A stretch of DNA of 64,000 bases from Octopus bimaculoides (taxonomy: Eukaryota): positions 107,106,880-107,170,879 of the forward strand of contig NC_068985.1 in NCBI RefSeq assembly GCF_001194135.2. Reading direction: 5' to 3'. A program made the position numbers and the translations under genes. Of this stretch, positions 1 through 11,500 are shown in pieces (the first letter of the stretch is position 1; each line of letters starts with the position of its first letter). The notes under the pieces are model-generated. The model was not told the DNA's origin and made no database searches. It was given only the letters and a program-made list of their open reading frames with translations.

Positions 1-770
1 CGTGTGTGTGTTCATTGCTCAACAACCAATGTTGGTAATGTTAACACCCCTGTAACCTAGCAGTTCAGCAAAAGCGACTGAGAGAATAAGTACCAGGCTA
101 GGCTTGAAAAAAATATATACTGGAGTCGATTCATTCAGCTAAAATTCTTCAAGGAGATACTCCAGCATGGCCACAGTCTAATGACTGGAGTAAAAGATAA
201 TATATATCGTGTGTGTGTGTGTGTGTGTGTGTGTATATCATCATCATCATCATCGTTTAACGTCCGCTTTCCATGCTAGCATGGGTTGGACGATTTGACT
301 GAGGACTGGTGCAACCGGATGGCTACACCAGGCTCCAATCTAATTTGGCAGAGTTTCTACAGCTGGATGCCCTTCCTAACGCCAACCACTCAGAGAGTGT
401 AGTGGGTGCTTTTACGTGTCACCCGCATGAAAACGGCCACGCTCGAAATGGTGTCTTTTATGTGCCNNNNNNNNNNNNNNNNNNNNNNNNNNNNNNNNNN
501 NNNNNNNNNNNNNNNNNNNNNNNNNNNNNNNNNNNNNNNNNNNNNNNNNNNNNNNNNNNNNNNNNNNNNNNNNNNNNNNNNNNNNNNNNNNNNNNNNNNN
601 NNNNNNNNNNNNNNNNNNNNNNNNNNNNNNNNNNNNNNNNNNNNNNNNNNNNNNNNNNNNNNGTCACGCTCAGGATGGTACATCTTATGTGACACCCGCA
701 CAAGAGCCAGTCCAGGGGCCCTGGAAACGATCTCACTTGACTTGCCGGGTCTTCTCACGCACAGCACATT

Positions 771-818
<48 letters not shown>

Positions 819-988
819 ATATGAGGGTTTAGTTCACTGGTGATCTAAACGAATAGGTACGCTATGTAAGTACTGTAATTGGTCATCTGTTAGGTTCCAA
901 GTTTACATCTGAGGCTGGAGCTAGGGATCTGCAGTAGGCTTCTGAGTTGGCAGGTGTATAGAGGGAAAAGGACAACATATCCAAGGTA

Positions 989-1148
989 GGACAAGTATCT
1001 CAAGTCATTTAGAATATTTAATAAGAATAAGGTGAATCTGAAGTAATTAACTAATTGGTTAATTAATTAACCAATTAGTTAATTAATTAATTACTTCAAA
1101 TTCACCTTACTCTAATTAAATATTCTAAATGACTTGAGATACTCATCC
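989..1148. repeat. Long imperfect palindrome (foldback)
   Basis: AGTATCTCAAGTCATTTAGAATATTTAAT...TAAGGTGAAT.TGAAGTAATTAA...TTAATTACTTCAAATTCACCTTA...ATTAAATATTCTAAATGACTTGAGATACT, with a central CTAATTGGTTAATTAATTAACCAATTAG palindrome. Confidence 0.85.
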
Positions 1149-2215
1149 GGTTTTGGTTTTGTGTTTTTTCGAAGGGTTTCTTTTACGAAGGATTTCTTTT
1201 AGTTTCCTTCTACCCAATGCACTCACAAGGATTTGGTTGACCCCAAACTATAGTAAAAGACATTTGCTTAAGGTGCTGCACAATGGAACTAAACACAAGC
1301 TCACAGGTGGGAAAAGCAAATTTCTTAACCACACAGCTATGCCTATCTACGAAATACTAGCCTCATTCCCATTATACTATTATACATAATTATTATTATG
1401 ACAGTGTGCCATGAGATGGGAAAATATTGAAGACAGGAGAAAGGGACAACATGAGCTTTTGTTGGAAAACTAATCACCAATAAATGTTGTGCAGCTGTTT
1501 TGGATATTTCAGTAACGAGTTCACTTAAGCGAGAGTTTATAATTAGCTAAACCAGGTAGTTACCTGACACAGCCATGTGTGATAGGTACTTAGACAGAGA
1601 GAAGGTAGCAGAGGTTATAAACATAGCGTTATAATATGAACTTGGATCAACAGTTTGGGGGACAGTGAAAGTATATAAGGCTGACAGAGTGAATGGGAAA
1701 GCACATGATAGAGTATATGAGTGTGAGAGAGTACATAGAAAGGAGATGAGAGAGCATGGGAAAGGAAAAGAATTGGTGACAATGCATCAAAAAGGATGAG
1801 AGAGCAAATGAGAGAACGTGAATGTGTGCGTGCGTGTGTGTAGACGCTGTGATAAAGTCGACGACGTAATGCAAGGGAGGTAATTCCCGCATGATTGGGC
1901 GGTGAAGTGAGAGATTTTTTGATTTTTTTTAATCTTCGTCAAAAAGAAATAGTAATAATCTTTTATGTTTTACTCGTTTCAGTCATTAAACTGCGGCCAT
2001 GCTGGAGCACTGCCATGAAGAATGTTTTGTCGATTGAATCGACCCCAGTACTTGTGTTTTTTTTCTTTTAAGCCTGGTAATTATTGTATTGGTCACTTTA
2101 GTCGAACCGTTAAGTTACAGGGACGTAAACACACACACACACACATTTATACATATACGACAAGCTTCTTTCAGTTTCCAAATCCACTCACATGGTTTTG
2201 GTTGCCAAAATACTC

Positions 2216-2262
2216 ATAACCCTAACCCTAACTCTAAAACCCGAACCCTAACCCTAAAACCC
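2216..2262. repeat. Short degenerate (CCCTAA)n telomere-like tract
   Basis: TAACCCTAACCCTAACTCTAAAACCCGAACCCTAACCCTAAAACCCTAAA. Confidence 0.7.
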
Positions 2263-4231
2263 TAAAGCTAAAACAAGTACAAATGCACAAACGATGTCAT
2301 AAATAACTACCGCCGATAGTTGTTGTTGACAAACAACGGCACTAATTTTATTCAAGGGGAAAGATCCCATTACACCGCACACCGTGTTGTTTACATTCCA
2401 CAGCAGTAATTGTTTTCACCTCAATAGAAGTCAGTGATTGGTTGAAATTACCGAAATAAGACAATTTTAACCCGAAATAACTTTAAAAAGATAAAATTCT
2501 CTCAATAACATTAAGAGTAAAAGATGTTTTATATGACACATTCTACCAGTGTCCCAAGTTTGAAAGTGTTTCGTTAAGAAAACAAGTGGCGCCTGCCAAA
2601 TCAGAAAGATCCTAAATTAATATAAAGTGATCTGATGATGGCTCTATAAGCAGTATACCCATACAGAAAGTTACCATATTTTCTGTTAGCTTTGTACCCA
2701 ACTTTAGCCTGCACATACTTACAGAACACCAACTACTTTCACCGTTCTAGAACAACATTAAACAATGGGATGAAATCTGATAAGTCTGAATATGTTTTGT
2801 TGGTGATAAGACATACATAATTTGTACCCTCCCCACAAATAATTAAGCATAAAAAGCAAGACAATGCCACTTTTACTCAAAAGAGTAAAGAGAGTATGGT
2901 CAGCCTACAACAAGCATTTCACTCACAACACCTTTGCTGTGCCTATTCAGACATTTAGTCTTCCAAACTGGTCACTACAAGAGAGCAATGAGATGGAAAA
3001 CAAAAATTCACAAACTACATGTTACTAGGAATTTCAACAACAACAGCTACATAGCTAAATCACATTTCCCATTCAACGAGTGCTGGTGTGGCCTTAAATC
3101 TGTATAGATCTGAGACCTGGATTTGTAACCTTAAAGCAGCATCTTCAGCAGAGAAAGAAAAAGGACAGAAACCATCACACTCTGGTTTGCAAGCACAAAA
3201 ATAGAAACATCATAAAGACAATGGTTAATGAAGCTGAAGAGAAACAAGAAATGTAAACAAACACTGATCTCTCTGTCCAAGAAACATTGGGAAGACCTAC
3301 TGAACATCGTTAGAAAATCAAAAAAATAGACCAGTTCATTGAGTAGATTGTACATGGGTAACTGAAACAAAACACTCAGGCTACAGAAGAAATAAACCAC
3401 ATCAAAAGACTGGAATGAATGACAGACAAGTTTATAACATCATAACTTGAAGGTCACTTCCATGTAATCCACGATAAAAAAAAAAAAAAAATTCCCACTA
3501 AGTACCTTCTACACAAAAGACAGAAATCATGGGCTGATAATAAATGTAAGTTATGTAAAACTAAAAGTTAAAACATTAATCATATTGCTAGTAACTGTGA
3601 AAATACTCTGGATATTAACTTCCCATTAAGGATTTTGTTAGCTAGAACAATCTGGAATAAAGTGAGAAAGAAAGAAAATACAACAAATAACAAAGAATGG
3701 AAGGTACCTGTCAGACACATTCCAGTTAAGCATGTTGATCCAATAACATATTCACTGAAGTATAGAAAACAGTTGCTTTATAATAGCTCCTATTAAAAGT
3801 ATGCAATAAACACTAAATGAAGAAACATGGTCAAAAGGAGCTAAAATACCCTAAGAAAGGAAACTTAAGCCAAGCTGTACATTATAGAGTAATAAACCTG
3901 ATGTGCATCTCAGTAAAGATGTGTAGTAAAATGCTGAGAAAGAAAATAAGGTGCCATACAGAATCACTATTATGAAAGCTTGAAATTGGATTTCAACCAA
4001 GCAGATCCACAAATCTCTCATTAAACATAAATTAATCAAAGGAATCAAAACAAAATATCTTATAGCAGTTCTCAGTTTTAAAGAATTTGCAGAAGCCTCC
4101 AACAGTACACAGCTTTTAATGGTGTTGAAGAATTTTGATGGTCTTCTTTAACATGAACAATTATCAAACACAACTGATCAAATCACTGCAGAGATAGTAT
4201 TTTCTTTACCATCCAGCTATAACTTTCCTAT

Positions 4232-4621
4232 GTGGAGGCGCAATGGCCCAGTGGTTAGGGCAGCGGACTCGTGGTCATAGGATCGCAGTTTCGATTCCCA
4301 GACCGGGTGTTGTGAGTGTTTATTGAGTGAAAACACCTAAAAGCTCCACGAGGCTCCGGCAGGGGATGGTGGCGAACCCTGCTGTACTCTTTCACCACAA
4401 CTTCCTCTCACTCTTACTTCCTGTTTCTGTTGTGCCTGTAATTCAAAGGGTCAGCCTTGTCACACTGTGTCACGCTGAATCTCCCCGAGAACTACGCTAA
4501 GGGTACATGTATCTGTGGAGTGCTCAGCCACTTGCATGTTAATTTCACGAGCAGGCTGTTCCGTTGATCTGATCAACTGGAACCCTCGACGTCGTAAGCG
4601 ACGGAGTGCCAACAACAACAA
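4232..4621 (+). mobile_element. tRNA-derived SINE family A, full length
   Basis: Head GGAGGCGCAATGGCCCAGTGGTTAGGGCAGCGGACTC...GTTTCGATTCCC (A and B boxes) and (CAA)n tail; near-identical copies at 7141-7525(-), 19929-20291(+), 55143-55521(+). Confidence 0.9.
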
Positions 4622-5389
4622 ATAACTCTCCTATACCATTCGGGATGCTGCTCAATGAGTATCTTTTAACTTGACTCACCTTTGCATCAAACAATATATT
4701 TGAAAGGTGCATGTGAAGGCATGTGGCCCAGCAGTTAGGGAAATGCACTAATGATTACAAGATTGTGGTTTCAATTCCCAGACCAAGCAGTGCATTGCGT
4801 TCTTGAGCAAAACACTTTATTTCATTTTGCTTCAGTTTACTTAACTATAAACGAGCCCAACAATAGCTGGAAGTTAACCCTACAATGAACCAGTGTCCCA
4901 TCAGCAGGTATGTCATAATCTCAAACACTTACACCCTGGGAACCAAATTAAGCACCAACTTTGAGTCTTAAGGTTCACAACCAACCTAAGTCATGTTGAA
5001 GACCTATTGCTATAGCAACTGTTAAATAATGACAAGTAACCTTCAACTGCTTGTAATAGTTTTTATATAAAAATGCTTCTCTGCACTTTCCAGATAATGA
5101 TCAGAACACTACCAATATTCTGGAGAAGATAGAATAACATGAGAACAATGTCTCCAAGGAATTTCACAGACAGCTGAACAAGGCAAGTCATGAGACACCA
5201 CATCCATTGTCATTTATAATGGAGAAAGGAAGTAAAGTTGATGATGATGATGATGATGATTATTATTATTATTATTGTAATGATGGGTAGTATTAAACAT
5301 TGTGAACATAAACATTCTTATTTAAGAGCAATAATGCCAGATACAAAATCATTTCCCTTACACAAAGCAAGATTTCAAATGATACTAAC

Positions 5390-5588
5390 CTCTCTTTAGG
5401 CTGGCTATTGACTCATCGTAGTAACCAAGCTCAACAAGAGCCTGTCCCAAGAAGAAGTGACCCTTAACAAGTGATCTGTCCATATCGAGAGCATGTCGAC
5501 AATCCTGGATAGCCTGTTCCCACTGCTTCAACTTCAAATGGCACAGTGCTCGATTAGTGAAGAATGTTGGTGTGTTAGGGCTTTTGAT
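5390..5588 (-). CDS. STUB1: STUB1/CHIP coding exon 2 (TPR2-3)
   Basis: Acceptor ttttcag|ATC, donor G|gttagt; 199 nt encoding IKSPNTPTFFTNRALCHLKLKQWEQAIQDCRHALDMDRSLVKGHFFLGQALVELGYYDESIASLKR+G, matching CHIP TNRALC...ALE.D..SVK.HFFLGQ. No exon 3 found in 1-5389, so the gene continues left of the window. Confidence 0.96.
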
Positions 5589-6217
5589 CTGAAAATGAAG
5601 AAACAAACAGCAACAATCAGTATCAGATGATCAACTCATGCTAGAAATACTGATGGTGATAACACGAGTACACACACACACACACACACACAGCTTTATC
5701 TTTTTACTTTTACCTGTTTCAGTGAGAGGACTAAGGCCACACTGGAGCAAAGCCTTGAACAAATTGGATCCAGTATTTATATCTTTAAAGTGTGGTACTT
5801 ATTTTGTGTGTCCCTTTTGCCAAACTAAGTTATGGCAATGTAAACAAACTAGCACTGATTGTCAAGTGGAAGAAGTGGACAGATACAAAGGCACACATAT
5901 ATGTGAAATGATGATGTGATGTTATCTCCATTCACTCAAAGAGCATCAGGTGATGAGAGTTCTCCAGGCAGTACCTTCTGAGCCAAACTTCCCAGGTGAC
6001 ACCCATCTCAGTCAAGTCTTCCTGCACAGTTCTTTGTCACATCTTCACCAGCCTGCCTCTCTTTTATCCTTCCTTCAAATGACAACTCAACAACTGTGCT
6101 TGTTGGTATTTCCAATTGTACATGCTTTTATAGTAAGTTGAAGCAGGTAGTTTATCCTGTCCCCTCCAACTTTTAGTTTATGCAATTGAAAAAATGGATT
6201 ATTTACAGGATGACCCC

Positions 6218-6250
<33 letters not shown>

Positions 6251-6428
6251 CTAGCTGAAATACCTGGTGTTGTGTCAGGTGAAGACTCAGGGAATAAATG
6301 GTAGCACTGCAAAGCAATTTATTTAACTTATAGTAAATCTCCTGAAAAAGATACTCATCATCTTAACTCTAACCTAAAGCATTCATTTTAAGTGCTTACA
6401 CCAAACTCTAACCTTAAAATCTAAATGT

Positions 6429-6547
6429 AAGTAGGCTCATTTTCAAGTAGGCACATCTTCACGCAGACACATCTTCAAGCAGACACATCTTCAAGCAGAC
6501 ATCTTCAAATAGGCACATCTTCAAGTAGGCACATTTTCAAGTAAGCC
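6429..6547. repeat. 16-bp minisatellite (~7.5 units)
   Basis: Unit AAG(T/C)AG(G/A)CACATCTTC, directly abutting the Helitron relic. Confidence 0.85.
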
Positions 6548-7894
6548 TTTAACCCATCCACTTTAGTGCCCTTTTGGTATTACAGGCAAAGTCTGGTGAA
6601 AGTCTCCTGATAGTACAGCAGTAACTCCACCCATCAATATTTCAGAATTTCTTAAATCCTGCAAGCTTGGACTCAGAGCTTCTAAAGACGTTTTGTTTGC
6701 CATCGTGCACTCATCTTAGACAGTGAGATGACACCTCCATAATACCTGTCCCATTCCAGATGGTTAACTAATATTACAAACTGGTGTACCATTGTTAGCT
6801 AAATTCAAGCTAAATGTCAGCTAAATCTTAAAGTAGAGTAAGCTGTTCACCCTCCCAGAAGTAGCATCACAGCAATACCTGAATAAACAACAGCCAAAGC
6901 TATTTTCCTCTGTTGTTGAACTTTGGCAAGTAACAGCTTAGTGACAAACATTTTGCTTGTTCCTACGGGAGCATCAAGAAAAAATATCCTCCCCTTCGAT
7001 AAAATAAAAGCCTTTTGAGTATAGCATTGTAAAATACATTTTATTCATGCAACAGTTTGGGTTCCTTTTTACGAACATATTTCAACAGGCCTTTAATGTT
7101 TTAAGAAATTTCTTTTAATAGTTCTATTGTTAAAATATTGTGTTAGCACTCCGTCGCTTACGACATCGAGGGTTCCAGTTGATCTGATCAACGGAACAGC
7201 CTGCTCGTGAAATTAACGTGCAAGTGGCAGAGCACTCCACAGACACGTGTACCCTTAACGTAGTTCTCGGGGAGATTCAGCATGACACAGTGTGACAAGG
7301 CTGACCCTTTGAATTACAGGCACAACAGAAACAGGAAGTAAGAGTAAGAGAAAGTTGTGGTGAAAGAGTACAGCAGGGTTCACCACCATCCCCTGCCGGA
7401 GGAGCCTCGTGGAGCTTTAGGTGTTTTCGCTCAATAAACACTCACAATGCCCGGTCTGGGAATCGAAACCGCGATCTTATGACCGTGAGTCCGCTGCCCT
7501 AACCACTGGGCCATTGCGCCTCCACTGTTAAAATCTCAACATCAGAACAATTGATTAAAGAAGACCATACTCATACAATTCATTCCCTTTCATAGAAATA
7601 ACTTCATCTTCAATTAAAATTAATGCTGTGTTGTAGATCTCATTAGCGTATTCTATACTCTTGCTAGGACATTGCAACTGAATGTGGTATTTATAATCTT
7701 TTACCAAATGATTTCTATATTGTAGCCATAATGATACTGGATCCCCTAAATTACAGTTTTGCAGTTAGATCATGTCTATTGGTGTAGAACTTTCCTGGAA
7801 AAAGCTCTGCTAAGATTTCATCCTGTTCGGAATTGCAAGTGAAAGCAAAGAAAACATCAGAATGTCCATAACTACATACCTAAGTCATAGCATC
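6545..7894 (-). mobile_element. Helitron RepHel relic (Rep and PIF1-helicase fragments), internally deleted and SINE-interrupted
   Basis: Hand translation with stops and frameshifts: DAMT*VCSYGHSDVFFAFTCNSEQDEILAELFPG...NRHDLTA (Rep); DPVSLWLQY...EYANEIYNTALILIEDE; GRIFFLDAPVGTSKMF...KIALAVVYSGIAVMLLLGG*TAYST (decayed Walker A); V*DECTMANK..LEAL...LQDLRN...MGGV.AVLSGDFHQTLPVIPKG (Walker B, motif III). Confidence 0.9.
7141..7525 (-). mobile_element. SINE family A inserted in the Helitron relic
   Basis: Reverse complement of 4232-4621; 9-bp TSD TGTTAAAAT at 7128-7136 and 7526-7534. Confidence 0.9.
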
Positions 7895-8139
7895 AAGTCC
7901 TCGCCTGCATATATCTGGGGCCATGACAAAAAGGAGAGAAAGGGACAGAAAGAGAAGAGAAGGGGAAAAGAGAACAGAGTAGTGGTGAGTTGACAATCTG
8001 AACAACACCTTATGTAAACTTACCAACTAAGCAAATTCAAGAGGAGTTCTAGATGTTAGGTCTCATTTGGTCAACTTGAGTCATGTCGTGTTATTGAACC
8101 AGAAGCAACATCAGTTATTTTCTTTTATATCCTACCAAC

Positions 8140-8505
8140 TGCCCACTGGAAGGATCCTGCTTCTCTAGAACTGCGGAATATAGAGCCACACTCACACCAT
8201 CTGATGGTACTATAAGACACTACATGGACAGGTATGACAGTCATACAAAGTATATGTACTTCTTCCAATGTCAGAACAGAGAATATTCTACCTCCCTGCC
8301 CTGTTCTATCTGAAGACTCCACAACCGTCAGAAACACTTCCCCAACATTGAATGGAACATCATTGACAGGCACCCACTTACTCACCTGGAACACTCACAA
8401 TTACCAACTCTGCCTCTGCAAGAGACTACACACATTCTACCAACTTGCAGTATCCATCAACAGAAAAAAATGAACTATCTTATTGTTGCCATCAGATACA
8501 TTCTT
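8140..8505 (+). mobile_element. Penelope-like element GIY-YIG endonuclease relic
   Basis: CPLEGSCFSRTAEYRATLT...YSTSLPCSI*RL...NIEWNIIDRHP / YSPGT / QLCLCKRLH / ELSYCCH mirrors PLE C-termini (CPL.G.CL...V.YKA...ST.LS.YIW.L...I.W.II.RA..Y......C.LCL.EK.HI...EL...CRH). Contains stops and frameshifts. Confidence 0.7.
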
Positions 8506-11500
8506 ATAATGAACTTGAAGCCACTGGCAGCCAAAATGCCAGATATACCATCTTAGGCCTGGCTGCTCCATACACATGGGCAAGGTACTTAACACCTCCC
8601 ACCTATATAGACTACTCATACTAATCATCAGGCCTCAATTTTTCAACCTAGCACCACTGAATCTGGTTACTTCCACAGTAAGACCGTTGCCATTAATGTG
8701 TTAGTTCTCCCTAAATCACTCACCAGTAATTAAACCATGACAACATTCCACCCTACCATATGTGTCATCCAGTGCAATAAACTGATGTTGCTAAATAGAC
8801 CATACTGCAGCATCCAGACATAGTAGCAACAGCTACCTATCAACATCCTGTCCAAGCAAGCAGACCTAAAAATAAAGAAAATAACTGATGCTTCCAGACC
8901 AATTACACCATGTGACTTGAGTTGACCAATAGAGGCCTAACATCTAGAAATCATCTTGAATTTGTCACATACCCCTTTACTCTTCTCTAGATGCTTGATG
9001 AGATAGGTTCATTCTATGAGCCTAAAACAGTTGCAGGAAGCTGAGTCAAACTATTATTAAATAATATATATATATCATCATCATTTTAACATCTACTTTT
9101 CTATGGTTGCACAAGGTAGACAGAGTTTACTGGAGAAGATTTACTATGGCCAGATGCCCTTCTTGTTACCAAACCTTACCTGTTTTCAAGCAAGGTAATA
9201 TTTCCGCATGGTCAGACAGGTTTTCACAAAATATTGGAAATGAATGACATTCATTTGCAATATTACATGATGTTAAGACAAGGAGACAAAAACATACACA
9301 CACCACACACACACAAACATATATACATACATATACACATCACACACACATACATATACACACCACACACACACATACATATACACACACCACACACACA
9401 CACACATATATATAGGGAGAATTCACAAAAACACAAAAGACGAAGACAGGTGGTGTAGACAACAAACAGATGTATTAGTATAACACTCTTCCACGGGAAG
9501 GAACACAGAAAGAAACAAGGAGAGAAAATAAAGAATGTGTAGTGGCTTGCGATCTATCGTTATAAACGTCAGGTTAGAATAGAGACAGCTGATGAAGGAA
9601 TATTCCAAGTGGCTTTCCGTTTTCCTATGTGTTCGTTCCATTGTCTGTAGTTCATTGTTCTAACGTCCTGTACCCTGATATGCATATATATACACATGTA
9701 GATGTAAGTATGTACATATGTGTGTGTATACATGTATATATNNNNNNNNNNNNNNNNNNNNNNNNNNNATATATATATATATATATATATATAAAGATGG
9801 CTTTCATTGAATAACCAAGATCAAGAGAGTTGATGATTTATCTGCAGTTTACACAGATGAGAGATGATTTTTTTACCCTGCATGGTCTACTAAGCTAATT
9901 CAGACCAGTGAAAAACTAAAACATATCAATTTCACAATGCTGCCACTGCTTACAGTAGTAAGCTATATCTACTGCAATTCTTGCTCAGAGTTAATTAGAT
10001 TTGAGCAATGAGAGTTAAGTGTCTTGGCCACTGGTACATAGTAGTGCCAGTATCCGAATTTGAACTACTGATCTCTCAGCTGTTCAGTATGCAGTGATTC
10101 ACTTAGCCATCCATGTTCTTGCTACCAGCTGTATAAATTAAACCATATGTCTGTATATGTGTGTGAGTATGTATGTATGTATGTATGTATGTATGTACAT
10201 ATGTCATTATTCAGTTTTATTGCAAGATTTCTTGTCAATAGGGAAAGAACTAGTTTCTAACTAAATCCAAGGCTCCTTCACTGGAATTTCAACAACATCA
10301 ACAGAGTATTTTTGTATGTATGTATATGTGCAGATTTCTATGTTTTGCTTTATGTATGTCTTCTAATACATATACTTACATATCTGGACATGCTGATATA
10401 TATTTAAACAAATGAATGTATGTATGTATGTATGTATGTATGTATGTATGTATGTATGTATGTATGTATGTATGCATGCATGTATGTATGTAATCTATAA
10501 CTTTAACTCTAAGCGGCCAGACATAGCTTGTTTTGAACTTGTTGCTCCATGGATGGACAGGTGGGTTGGTGTTTAGGTAGATGGATGGAAAGAAGGATAG
10601 TGTGTGTGTGTGTGTGTGTGTGTATGTGCTTATGTTTCTCTACATTTGTGTTTGATGAAAGCCTCTCACTATGCGCTATGTTGTAGCTATCATTTTTATC
10701 AACAAATAAGCTACCTGCTTCACAGCTTCCAAAACAGGTGAAATAAGAGATCCCTTATTTGAAAAACAGGTTAGGATTAGACCAGGAAGGGCACCCAGCT
10801 ATAAAAAAACTATGCCTCAAATAATATATGCTAGCATGGAAAAATAGAAGTAAAATAAACAAATTTATAAAATATATGTTCTTTTAAGTATACATGTTTA
10901 TGTGGCTTAGTAAACACTGCATATATAATTACTTCTAAGACACAAGACCAATTTCTACAATAATGGTCAATATAGATTGAATCAAGTGCAGAATATAGCT
11001 GACATTTATTCTATCAAACCACAGTGGCAGGAAAAGAGACAAGAAGACATAACATGGTTAGTGTGTCAATGAGCAGTCTTGATTACCAGGCAGATAGCAT
11101 CAGAAATTGCAGTGTGTTGGACTATTATTTTACAACTGTTAAGTTTTCTGAGCTCATTTCATTAAGGATCATATGATTATTAGAAAAGTGTCTATGTGTG
11201 TGTAAGCAAACACATGAATGCAGGGATGTATACCAGCAGGTGTGTGTGTGTGCATGTGTGAGTGTGTGAGTGGTGGACTATTTTATCTGTGTGAACTGAA
11301 GCAGCACACCACTAATAATGCACTTCTACTAAGCACACTAAATCACATTATCTAATTAATTATTGTTTCACTAATTAAAAGGAAGGAAAGAGAAGAAAAG
11401 ATGCAGAACCAATAAACACAAAAATCAAAACTAGAGCAGTGTGTGTTGACCTATAGACAGCTGCATCAATCATTCTTGGGGAGTGCCGCACACTGCACAC

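Noticed and set aside
4232-4305. tRNA-like sequences with A and B boxes (also at 7450-7525, 19929-19990, 52210-52286, 55143-55215)
   Set aside because: SINE heads continuous with SINE bodies and tails; no proper acceptor stem, so not tRNA genes.
1-5389. Search for STUB1 exon 3 (coiled-coil region, ...GDDI..ALR.AKKK.W)
   Set aside because: No matching minus-strand segment found by eye; presumed to lie left of the window.
9420-9660. PLE-terminus-like repeat containing CTGATGAAGGAATATTCC
   Set aside because: No GAAA or stem III follows the putative stem II, so a hammerhead cannot be built.
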